Positions 46,123-53,797 of a stretch of 64,000 bases of DNA are shown in pieces. The stretch is from an uncultured Ignavibacteriales bacterium (GTDB lineage Bacteria > Zixibacteria > MSB-5A5 > GN15 > JAAZOE01). The notes beneath the pieces were generated by a model. It had not been told where the DNA came from. It searched no databases and worked only from the letters and a program-made list of their open reading frames with translations. Every line of letters begins with the position of its first letter. Within the stretch, counting starts at the first letter, position 1. Location: the NCBI GenBank assembly GCA_964549765.1, contig CAZJWR010000009.1, forward strand, positions 15,442 through 79,441. Direction: 5' to 3'. The position numbers were made by a program, and so were the translations under genes.

Positions 46123-46450
46123 TGTTCATTAACCGACACGATGAATTCGTTAAATATCGCATTAATTATGAATGCGTTGCATGAATTCAATGCGCTCCAC
46201 CGTCTGGTATGTAATCTCCGCTGGGGGGGAACAGATGCCACAACGCGAGTATGAGGTTCGATTCCCACCATTTCCATTTTAATGTCCTTCAGTATGTTAC
46301 CGTCGCACGAGGGGTGGGACGAATTGCCTATTCCCCCGTTCACGGTCTGTATCTCAAACCCGCTGGCAATAACTTACGACGTCCACCGTAAGGCATTGGT
46401 CTCGGCGCGATCGGCGTTTTCCAGGTGCTTCAAAAAATTCCTCAATTCTC

Positions 46451-46479
46451 TTGACATCCAGAGTCGCCATATGTATATA
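46451..46479 (+). promoter_or_regulatory. Sigma-70-type promoter of the ArsR-family gene
   Basis: TTGACA (46451-46456), a 17-nt spacer, then TATATA (46474-46479), about 30 nt upstream of ATG 46510. Confidence 0.6.
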
Positions 46480-46499
46480 TATGCGTAGTTTCGCATATA
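46478..46499 (+). promoter_or_regulatory. Perfect 8-6-8 inverted repeat TATATGCG-N6-CGCATATA (putative ArsR-family operator O1)
   Basis: Read directly from the sequence. It overlaps the -10 hexamer and the predicted start site of the regulator gene. Confidence 0.65.
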
Positions 46500-46509
46500 G
46501 GTACTAACG

Positions 46510-46845
46510 ATGATAGAAGATAGAGAACTATTCGATCTGCATGCCGAGTTCTGCAAGCTGATTGCCAGTCCCAGAAGGCTGATGATCATAGAACTCCTGG
46601 CCAGGAAGGAGCTGAGCGTTGGTGAGATTGCTCACGCTCTGGATGTGCCGCATAGCAATGTAAGCCAGCACCTCAGGGTCATGCGCTCGCGTCATATCGT
46701 TGAAGCACGCAGAGACGGGCAGACGGTATACTATAGATTGACCAATGTTCGGCTGCCCGCAGTCTGTGCTGAGATTCGGTCTATCTTGCTGGAAGGTATG
46801 GACATGCGAGGCAAGAAGGCTCGAGGAATGAACAAGAAAAGATGA
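46510..46845 (+). CDS. ArsR/SmtB-family winged-helix transcriptional repressor with two Cys (C15, C86)
   Basis: ASPRRLMIIELLARKELSVGEIAHALDVPHSNVSQHLRVMRSRHIVEARRDGQTVYYRL is the canonical ArsR HTH. The cysteines are at FCKLIASP (before alpha2) and at PAVCAEI (C-terminal helix). Confidence 0.85.
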   Translation: MIEDRELFDLHAEFCKLIASPRRLMIIELLARKELSVGEIAHALDVPHSNVSQHLRVMRSRHIVEARRDGQTVYYRLTNVRLPAVCAEIRSILLEGMDMRGKKARGMNKKR

Positions 46846-46865
46846 AGCATGTTTTTTTTGCGTCG

Positions 46866-46887
46866 TATGTGCAATAATGCGCATATA
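46866..46887 (+). promoter_or_regulatory. Second operator-like 8-6-8 dyad TATGTGCA-N6-CGCATATA (O2) upstream of tusA
   Basis: Same geometry and an identical right half-site to O1. The left half matches 6 of 8. It lies in the 87-nt arsR-tusA gap. Confidence 0.5.
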
Positions 46888-46932
46888 TGATGATCAGAAT
46901 ATATACAGACCTGTCTAGAGGAGAAAGAAGAA

Positions 46933-47187
46933 ATGACACTTGAAGAACTCTTAAACCTGAATGTCAGCAAGATCGTTGACGCTCGCGGCACCGCCTGCCC
47001 CGGTCCATTGCTCGAAGCCAAACGAGGTATGGCCGAAGTCCCCAAGAACGGAATCATGGAAGTGCTATCATCCGACGAAGGGACCAACGATGACATCCCG
47101 CTGTGGTGCAAGAAAGTCGGACATGAGTACCTTGGCAATATCGAGGAAGCGGGTTACTGGAGACTATTCGTTCGCAGGATGAAGTAA
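46933..47187 (+). CDS. tusA: TusA/SirA-family sulfur carrier protein
   Basis: 84 aa with the DARGTACPGPLLEAKRGM motif (conserved Cys-Pro-x-Pro). GGAGAAAGAAG SD. Confidence 0.85.
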   Translation: MTLEELLNLNVSKIVDARGTACPGPLLEAKRGMAEVPKNGIMEVLSSDEGTNDDIPLWCKKVGHEYLGNIEEAGYWRLFVRRMK

Positions 47188-47621
47188 TGGTGTCAACTAC
47201 TACTGACACCGGTTGGGAACCCAGGATACTTGTATTCTCAACCAATAATATCTCGGACCCCGGGATTGATCTGGCTGGCAGTTCACACATGCCTTACTCC
47301 CCCTCGGTGCTGGTGATAGCCGTGCCGTGCTCGAGCGGCATCAAGTCCTCGTGGGTGCTTCACGCGCTTAATGCCGGATTTGATGGCGTATTCATAGCCG
47401 CCGATGGGTCTGACTGTGCTTACCTGCCGGACTGCACGAAACGAACCGGTGAGGTTGTTCAAAGGACGCAGGCGCTTTTGGAGAAAAACAACCTTGATCC
47501 AAGGCGGCTGAAAATGGCGGCAATCTGCTCAGTCTGTGCTGAGTCTTTCCAGTCGCACATGGAGAAATTCAGATCAGCTCTGGTGAAGCTCAGCGCGCCG
47601 CAAGGAAAGGTGGCCCAATGA
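47187..47621 (+). CDS. MvhD/FlpD-like iron-sulfur protein (methyl-viologen-reducing hydrogenase delta-subunit family)
   Basis: ILVFSTNNISDPGIDLAG...VLVIAVPCSSGIKSSWVLHALNAGFDGVFIAADGSDCAYLPDC is the FlpD-domain pattern. The start overlaps the tusA stop (TAATG). Confidence 0.75.
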   Translation: MVSTTTDTGWEPRILVFSTNNISDPGIDLAGSSHMPYSPSVLVIAVPCSSGIKSSWVLHALNAGFDGVFIAADGSDCAYLPDCTKRTGEVVQRTQALLEKNNLDPRRLKMAAICSVCAESFQSHMEKFRSALVKLSAPQGKVAQ

Positions 47622-47641
47622 GGTATTTTATTGTCAGCCAA

Positions 47642-47657
47642 TGTGAATTAATTCACA
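47642..47657. promoter_or_regulatory. Perfect CRP/FNR-family-type palindrome TGTGA-N6-TCACA (TGTGAATTAATTCACA)
   Basis: A 16-bp perfect palindrome in the only sizeable (79-nt) intergenic gap of the operon. Its centre is 51 nt upstream of the hdrL-like ATG. Confidence 0.6.
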
Positions 47658-47700
47658 ATATACAGCCTGCTTCTGATTCTTCCGCGAGAGGCCTAAATAT

Positions 47701-50478
47701 ATGAAATATGACGTATTGGTTGTCGGCGGCGGGATCGCCGGTATGGAATCGTCATTGACCCTGGGAGACATGGGCTACAATGTGCTCCTGGTGGAAAAGG
47801 AGGCCAGCATTGGCGGAAAGATGGTATTGCTCAGCAAGGTATTCCCGACCCTCGATTGTGCAAGTTGCATCTCCACCCCAAAGATGGCGTCTACCGCTCA
47901 CCACCCCAATGTCACCATATCTACATCCACTCAAATCGATGAAATCACCAGGAACAATGGGGGCAACTTCCAGATTAAGCTCCACAAGAAATCCACCTAC
48001 GTCAACTCGGCGGCATGTACGGGGTGTGGTGAGTGTGAGCAGGCCTGCACAGTGGCACGGCCGGATCCGTTCAATTTCGATTTAGTTGCCCACCGGGCAA
48101 TCCATATCCCTTTCCCTCAGGCCGTGCCCAAGAAAGCAGTTATGGTACGGGAAGGAACGTCCCCCTGTTCATTCGCCTGCCCGGCGGGAGTAAAAGCCCA
48201 CGGTTATGTATCCCTGGTGCGCAGCGGCAAATATGACGAGGCGTTTCATCTCCACATGGAAGATGCCCCCCTTCCAGGCAGCCTCAGCCGGGCCTGTTAT
48301 GCTCCATGCGAAGGCGAGTGTACCCGCGGCAAACTGGAAGGTGCCGTTCCCATTCGGGCAATCAAACGCTTCATGGTCGATCGTTACTACGAGAAATACC
48401 CTGAACCGGAATATGGCCCGCCGGAGTTGATCCCCGGGAAAAAAGTTGCCGTCGTAGGTTCCGGTCCGGCAGGACTGTCGGCAGCTTATCATCTGGCTCG
48501 CCGTGGCTACAGCGTCACCGTATTCGAGTCGGCACCTGAACCCGGAGGCATGCTGCGGTACGGCATTCCCGCCTACCGACTGCCGAAAGAGGTGGTAGAT
48601 CGAGATATCAAAAATATCACGGCTCTCGGTGTTCGTATCGTTACCGCGTTGCCGGTTGCGTCCCTGGGTTCGCTGAAAGCGCAGGGGTATGACGCGGTCT
48701 TTCTCGCCGTAGGTACAATAGAAGGAATGAAGATAGCGGTTGAGGGTGAAGAGCTCAACGGTGTCACCGACTGCATGACCTTCTTGAAGCAGGCGAACTC
48801 GGCCGAGGAAATGGATCTGAGCGGGAAAACAGTCATGGTGATAGGTGGCGGAAACGCAGCCATCGATCCCGCCAGGATGGCAATTCGGCTGGGTGCCCAG
48901 AAGGTCATCATACAATATCGGAGAAGTCGAGCCGAAATGCCCGCACACGATTGGGAAGTAGCAGCCGCCCTAGAAGAAGGCGTTACCCTCCAAATTCTGC
49001 GCAATCCGGTGCGTTTCGTCGGGAATAACGGTCGTCTGGAAGCCGTCGAGAGCATAACGATGGAGCTTGGTGAACCAGACGACAGCGGCCGGCGGCGTCC
49101 TATACCGGTAGCAGGTTCAGAGCAGCAGATTCCGGTCGACATGGTGATCCTTGCAATCGGCCTCAAACCAAGTACTTCACCCTTCGCCACCGAGCTTGAT
49201 CTCAATCGAAACGGGACAATCAAGACGAATGAAGAAACGCTCCAGACTTCGATGCCACCCGTCTTCGCCGGAGGCGACGCGGTCACCGGGCCATCCATGA
49301 TTGTCAGTGCGATAGGCCATGGGAAACGCGCGGCCTTCTACATCGACCGATTCCTCAAGGCCGAATCGCTGGAAGGCATCGCGTTCGACAACAAACTCCC
49401 GGTGGTTGACGTAGTTTCGGTTCTGGCGCGGACACACACGAACGGCAACGGCTCCGATCACCGACAATTGCTACCGGTCGTAGGTTTGGAGATACCTCGC
49501 GCACGGATATCCGAGCGTATCGCCACAGAAAAGAAAAAGATTCCCGTATCGCAGCGGATTGGGAGTCTGGCCGAGGTCGAGCTTCCCTTTACTGAGGAAG
49601 AGGCCCGCTACGGTGCGAGCCGGTGCCTGGATTGCGGCGTCTGCTCTGAATGCCATGAATGCGTGAAGGTCTGTCCGGCTCACGCAATTGATTTCAGCCT
49701 GCGGGATGAAACGCTGACGGTCGAAGCAACATCCGTAATCGTGTCAACCGGCTTCAATCTCTTTGATGCCCATCGCAAGCCGACCTATGGCTATGGCAAG
49801 ATCCCCAATGTCATCACGGCGATGCAAATGGACCGCATATTGGCCCCTACCCGTCCCTTCAATGGCGTCATCAGACCGTCCGACGGCAAGGCCCCCGACA
49901 ACATAGCTTATGTCTTGTGTGCCGGCTCCCGAGATCAAAGCGTCGATAATGCGCTGTGTTCCCGAGTCTGCTGTATGTATTCCCTCAAGCAGGCTCAATT
50001 GGTGATGGGATCTCTGCCGCTGGCGGATATTACCATTTACTACATTGATATTCGGGCCTTTGGTAAGGGCTACGAGGAGTTCTACCAGCAGGCCAGGGGA
50101 ATGGGAATTTACTTTGTCAAGGGCAGGGTGGCTCAGATTGACCAATTGGATAACGGTAATCTGGATGTGCAATACGAGGCGATAGACGCCGACGGCGGAC
50201 TCAGGCACATGGAACACGATCTGGTTGTGCTTTCTACCGGCTTTGCGCCGAATCTTGACGCGTTCCGGATGTTCAAAGACGGCAATCTGGACGCAGACGC
50301 TCATGCGTATGTGCGGGAGATCGACGAAGATATCAACCCGGGACGAACAAGTATAAACGGAGTGTTTGTCGCCGGTGCCGCCTCTACTCCCAGAGATATC
50401 CCTGACAGCATACTTCACGCGGGCGCGGCCGTTGCTCAGGCGGCCGCGTACTTACAGAGAATGAGGATTAGCCGATGA
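47701..50478 (+). CDS. HdrA-like flavoprotein with an inserted GltD/NfnB-like NAD(P)H:FAD oxidoreductase module (HdrL-type)
   Basis: HdrA N-terminus YDVLVVGGGIAGMESSLTLGDMGYNVLLVEKEASIGGKM, CTGCGECEQAC, AIHIPFPQAVP. Insert of about aa 150-555 with KKVAVVGSGPAGLSAAYHLARRGYSVTVFESAPEPGGMLRYGIPAYRLPKEV, VMVIGGGNAAID, VFAGGDAVTGPSMIVSAIGHGKRAA. HdrA C-terminus CLDCGVCSECHECVKVCP, VIVSTGF...YGYGKIPNVIT, VFVAGAASTPRDIPDSI. Confidence 0.85.
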   Translation: MKYDVLVVGGGIAGMESSLTLGDMGYNVLLVEKEASIGGKMVLLSKVFPTLDCASCISTPKMASTAHHPNVTISTSTQIDEITRNNGGNFQIKLHKKSTYVNSAACTGCGECEQACTVARPDPFNFDLVAHRAIHIPFPQAVPKKAVMVREGTSPCSFACPAGVKAHGYVSLVRSGKYDEAFHLHMEDAPLPGSLSRACYAPCEGECTRGKLEGAVPIRAIKRFMVDRYYEKYPEPEYGPPELIPGKKVAVVGSGPAGLSAAYHLARRGYSVTVFESAPEPGGMLRYGIPAYRLPKEVVDRDIKNITALGVRIVTALPVASLGSLKAQGYDAVFLAVGTIEGMKIAVEGEELNGVTDCMTFLKQANSAEEMDLSGKTVMVIGGGNAAIDPARMAIRLGAQKVIIQYRRSRAEMPAHDWEVAAALEEGVTLQILRNPVRFVGNNGRLEAVESITMELGEPDDSGRRRPIPVAGSEQQIPVDMVILAIGLKPSTSPFATELDLNRNGTIKTNEETLQTSMPPVFAGGDAVTGPSMIVSAIGHGKRAAFYIDRFLKAESLEGIAFDNKLPVVDVVSVLARTHTNGNGSDHRQLLPVVGLEIPRARISERIATEKKKIPVSQRIGSLAEVELPFTEEEARYGASRCLDCGVCSECHECVKVCPAHAIDFSLRDETLTVEATSVIVSTGFNLFDAHRKPTYGYGKIPNVITAMQMDRILAPTRPFNGVIRPSDGKAPDNIAYVLCAGSRDQSVDNALCSRVCCMYSLKQAQLVMGSLPLADITIYYIDIRAFGKGYEEFYQQARGMGIYFVKGRVAQIDQLDNGNLDVQYEAIDADGGLRHMEHDLVVLSTGFAPNLDAFRMFKDGNLDADAHAYVREIDEDINPGRTSINGVFVAGAASTPRDIPDSILHAGAAVAQAAAYLQRMRISR

Positions 50479-52199
50479 CGGAACGAAGGATTGGCGTCTA
50501 CATTTGCCATTGCGGCGGCAACATCTCAGACTATGTTGACGTAGACAGAGTCCGGGAAGGAGTAGCACATGACGAAGGCGTGGTTGTGGCCAAGACGACC
50601 ATGTTTGCGTGTTCTGATGCCGCTCAGGAGGAGATGATCGAGGATATCAGGACCAATAATCTAGACGGCATCGTCATCGCCTCATGTTCTCCGAAGCTTC
50701 ACCTCTTTACGTTCCGTGCGATGGCGGAGCGGGCGGGATTGAATCCATATCAGTACGTGCAGGTTAACCTCAGGGAGCAGGATTCCTGGGCTCATCAACA
50801 TGATTTGGACAGAGCCACCGAGAAAGGGATCAGGCTGGTGAAAGCCGGAATCGCCCGTTGCGCCCTGACCGCTCCTCTCACCACTATGAGAATCGAAACA
50901 ACTCCGAAAGTTCTTGTTATCGGCGCGGGGGTTGCTGGACTGCGAGCGGCGCTCTCGCTTTCCGATATGGGCTTTACCGTTTTCGTTATTGAGAGAGAAG
51001 CTGCCGTCGGGGGGTGGACGGGTCAGTTCGGGGGTATGTTTCCGAACGATCGCATCGGGTCTGATCTTGTGAGCAGTCTATATGCAGATGCCAAGAAGTG
51101 GGACAATATCACAATCTTCACCAGGGCCGAGCTGATTGCGAAAAGCGGCAACGTTGGGGCCTTTGAAGTAGTCATTAATATCAACAAGCGAGAGACTATT
51201 AAGCTCGACGTTGGCACGATCGTTGTGGCGACAGGTTTTGATGTTTACCGGCCGGCAGCCGGTGAATTCGGTTATGGGCAGCCGGGCGTTATCACGCTTC
51301 CGGACTTCAAACAGCTCGTGGACCGTTCGACCGGGCCGCTCACCTACCAGGGCCGCGCAGTAGAAGACATTGCCTACATCTACTGTGTCGGCAGTCGGCA
51401 GTCGGCAGACGGCGACAATGCGAATCGTTACTGTTCACGATACTGCTGTACCGCGGCCGTTCACACCTCTTTGACTATGCACAAGAGAGATGAGACTACG
51501 CACCACTTTCATCTTTATCGCGACATGCGGACATACGGCAAGTATGAGCTGCTGTATCTGGATTCGCTCAACAACGGCTCCGCATTTCTGAAATATGCCG
51601 ACGATGACCCTCCTGCGGTGACTCTCGCGGGAAACAGACTGCGCGTCACGGTGCGCGATCAACTAACTCAGGGAGAGGAATTCGACATCGATGTCGACCT
51701 GGTCGTGCTGGTAACGGGGATGGTGCCGCGAGAAAACAAGAATCTTGTCGACGTCCTCAAACTTCCCATCGCTATGGATGGCTTCTTCAATGAGATCCAT
51801 CCCAAGCTCAGACCGGTTGAGACGGTCATTGATGGGGTCTTCATTGCCGGTGCATCTCAAGGTCCCAAGACACTGGCTGAAAGTGTGGCTTCATCCATGG
51901 CGGCCGTATCAAAGAGCGCCGCACTGCTGATGAAGGGATATGTTGATCTCGAGCCTCTGATCGCTACCATCGACAGCGACAAATGTTCCTGGTGCGATGA
52001 ATGCACAAAGGCGTGCCCATATGATGCCATTGAAAATGTATCCGTGGACGGCGAAGAGGTTGCACGGATCATCCCCGCTCTGTGCAAAGGAGGCGGGGCA
52101 TGTGTTCCCGTGTGTCCGCGCGACGCGATCGAAGTGAAGGGGTACACGGATGCCCAGATAATTGCAACGATTGATTCTCTGATCAAAGAGGTTGGCTGA
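50475..52199 (+). CDS. hdrA: HdrA/QmoB-like FAD and Fe-S flavoprotein with C-terminal 2x[4Fe-4S] ferredoxin domain
   Basis: IGVYICHCGGNISDYVDVD, VLVIGAGVAGLRAALSLSDMGFTVFVIEREAAVGG, IVVATGFDVY, VFIAGASQGPKTLAESV, CSWCDECTKACP, CKGGGACVPVCP. ATGA overlap with the previous gene. Confidence 0.85.
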   Translation: MTERRIGVYICHCGGNISDYVDVDRVREGVAHDEGVVVAKTTMFACSDAAQEEMIEDIRTNNLDGIVIASCSPKLHLFTFRAMAERAGLNPYQYVQVNLREQDSWAHQHDLDRATEKGIRLVKAGIARCALTAPLTTMRIETTPKVLVIGAGVAGLRAALSLSDMGFTVFVIEREAAVGGWTGQFGGMFPNDRIGSDLVSSLYADAKKWDNITIFTRAELIAKSGNVGAFEVVININKRETIKLDVGTIVVATGFDVYRPAAGEFGYGQPGVITLPDFKQLVDRSTGPLTYQGRAVEDIAYIYCVGSRQSADGDNANRYCSRYCCTAAVHTSLTMHKRDETTHHFHLYRDMRTYGKYELLYLDSLNNGSAFLKYADDDPPAVTLAGNRLRVTVRDQLTQGEEFDIDVDLVVLVTGMVPRENKNLVDVLKLPIAMDGFFNEIHPKLRPVETVIDGVFIAGASQGPKTLAESVASSMAAVSKSAALLMKGYVDLEPLIATIDSDKCSWCDECTKACPYDAIENVSVDGEEVARIIPALCKGGGACVPVCPRDAIEVKGYTDAQIIATIDSLIKEVG

Positions 52200-52438
52200 T
52201 GAATAATAGAATTGAGCGCGATACGGCAGAGGCGATGAGGGATGAAATGATGATGAAAGACAAGATTCTCGCTCTCCTGAAAGACGACCCCGGAACGATA
52301 CCTGAGATCGCCCAGGCGCTTGAGTGTTCGACCAGTTCTGTCGTGTACTGGATAATGGCGATGTGGAGATATGGTTCCGTGGAAGCCGTCGGCAAACCGG
52401 ATGACAAAGGATATTACAGGTACCGCCCCGTTTCGTAA
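52199..52438 (+). CDS. Small winged-helix-like protein, unknown role
   Basis: 79 aa. KILALLKDDPGTIPEIAQALECSTSSVVYWIMAMWRYGSVEAVG looks like a wHTH. The start overlaps the hdrA stop (TGATG). Confidence 0.45.
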   Translation: MNNRIERDTAEAMRDEMMMKDKILALLKDDPGTIPEIAQALECSTSSVVYWIMAMWRYGSVEAVGKPDDKGYYRYRPVS

Positions 52439-52447
52439 GGAGAAGTC

Positions 52448-52759
52448 ATGGCTGCCGTAGATACAAAGTTTGTAGATGAAGTCAACTCTTCAAAATCGTT
52501 CAATGCCGCTGCCTGCATGAATTGCGGCGTCTGTACCGCCGTTTGCCCGATGGAGCTGGACCTGCTGCCGCGACGGCTTTTTCGTTATGCGGTCATTGGC
52601 GTTGAGGAGAAAATTCTGGAACATCGGGAAACGATATTTTCCTGCCTAATGTGCCGGATGTGCGAGCAAAACTGCCCCGCCGGGGTCAGGATCAGCGAAA
52701 ACGTGCGTATCCTGCGCGGCTACATCAACCGAACCGTCTTTGGGTTATCGAGGAAATAG
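52448..52759 (+). CDS. hdrC: HdrC-like 2x[4Fe-4S] ferredoxin subunit
   Basis: 103 aa with CMNCGVCTAVCP and CLMCRMCEQNCP. Confidence 0.8.
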   Translation: MAAVDTKFVDEVNSSKSFNAAACMNCGVCTAVCPMELDLLPRRLFRYAVIGVEEKILEHRETIFSCLMCRMCEQNCPAGVRISENVRILRGYINRTVFGLSRK

Positions 52760-52762
52760 ATC

Positions 52763-53797
52763 ATGGCGTTACCTACCGAACACGTTCTGGGGATACTGGT
52801 GGATAATCTTTTGAGGCGCGGAAGTGTCCTCCGGCTGTCGCCCCGCACCGCCGTCAGGTGGTCACAGGGATTGAACATACCCAAGGGCGGGAAGACCGTC
52901 ATATATACCGGTCATATGTATCAGTTGATTCCAGCCATCTCCGCTCTGGCGACAAAAATGGCCTATTTTGAGAACTCCTGGATGACAAGATTCTTCGGTC
53001 TGGGACGCATTGCCAATAGATTTATCAACCTGGCGTGGTTTCTGGCGCGAACTGATTCCCCGGAGACCGAGCATTATAACAACATCCTGCGAAACATCGC
53101 ACGGCTATTACAGGCGGCAGGAATCGAATTTGGATATCTCTACGAAGAAGAGATGTATTCGGGAGCCCTTGTGCACGACGAGGGTGTTGACGACGCTTTC
53201 GTAACACATGCCGAAAGGGTTGTTAAAGTCTTCAGACGTAACGGAGTGAAATCTGTTATCACCGTGGATCCTCATACCACGAATATGCTTCGAAGCGTCT
53301 ATCCGGTGTACTGCAAGGACTATGACCTGGAAGTGAAAAGCTACCTTGAGGTATTGGCTGAAAGCGATATCGAGCCGGCGCGGCTACTAAACCTCGATGT
53401 GACGATTCACGACTCCTGCGTGTACGCTCGCTATGAGAACATTGTCATGGAACCTCGACAATTGCTTACGAAGGCCGGCGCGACGCTCCGCGAACCTGAA
53501 AACGCGGGGAAGCTCACACACTGCTGCGGCGGACCGATAGAATCGTTTTTCCCTGACAAGGCGAAAGCCATTGCAGCCAAGAGGGTGAAACAGCTCGCTG
53601 CCACAGGAGGCAATGTAATTGCAATGTGCCCGATCTGTCTGGTGAATCTCAAACATGCGGCACAGGATATCGATGCGGACGTGGCTGACATCTCAGAATT
53701 GCTGGTAGAAGCTTATGGTGACTTCGGATCAGCACGGTCGACGCGTCCGGTACGCAAATCAAATCAAAAAGAAGGCGAGGTTCTTACCTATGGATGA
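52763..53797 (+). CDS. hdrB: HdrB/HdrD-like CCG-domain (noncubane Fe-S) subunit
   Basis: Two Cys-rich CCG-type motifs (TIHDSCVYARY and LTHCCGGPIESF; MCPICLVNL). The gene lies 3 nt after hdrC. Confidence 0.8.
   Translation: MALPTEHVLGILVDNLLRRGSVLRLSPRTAVRWSQGLNIPKGGKTVIYTGHMYQLIPAISALATKMAYFENSWMTRFFGLGRIANRFINLAWFLARTDSPETEHYNNILRNIARLLQAAGIEFGYLYEEEMYSGALVHDEGVDDAFVTHAERVVKVFRRNGVKSVITVDPHTTNMLRSVYPVYCKDYDLEVKSYLEVLAESDIEPARLLNLDVTIHDSCVYARYENIVMEPRQLLTKAGATLREPENAGKLTHCCGGPIESFFPDKAKAIAAKRVKQLAATGGNVIAMCPICLVNLKHAAQDIDADVADISELLVEAYGDFGSARSTRPVRKSNQKEGEVLTYG

Noticed and set aside
46246-46276. GGTTCGATTCC, a perfect tRNA T-loop consensus. The minus-strand ORF translates it as the typical GIEP.
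   Set aside because: Only 2 bp of T-stem can pair, and no matching acceptor 5' strand or anticodon arm lies upstream. It is at best a decayed tRNA or tmRNA 3' fragment (used as supporting detail in the repeat finding), not a gene.
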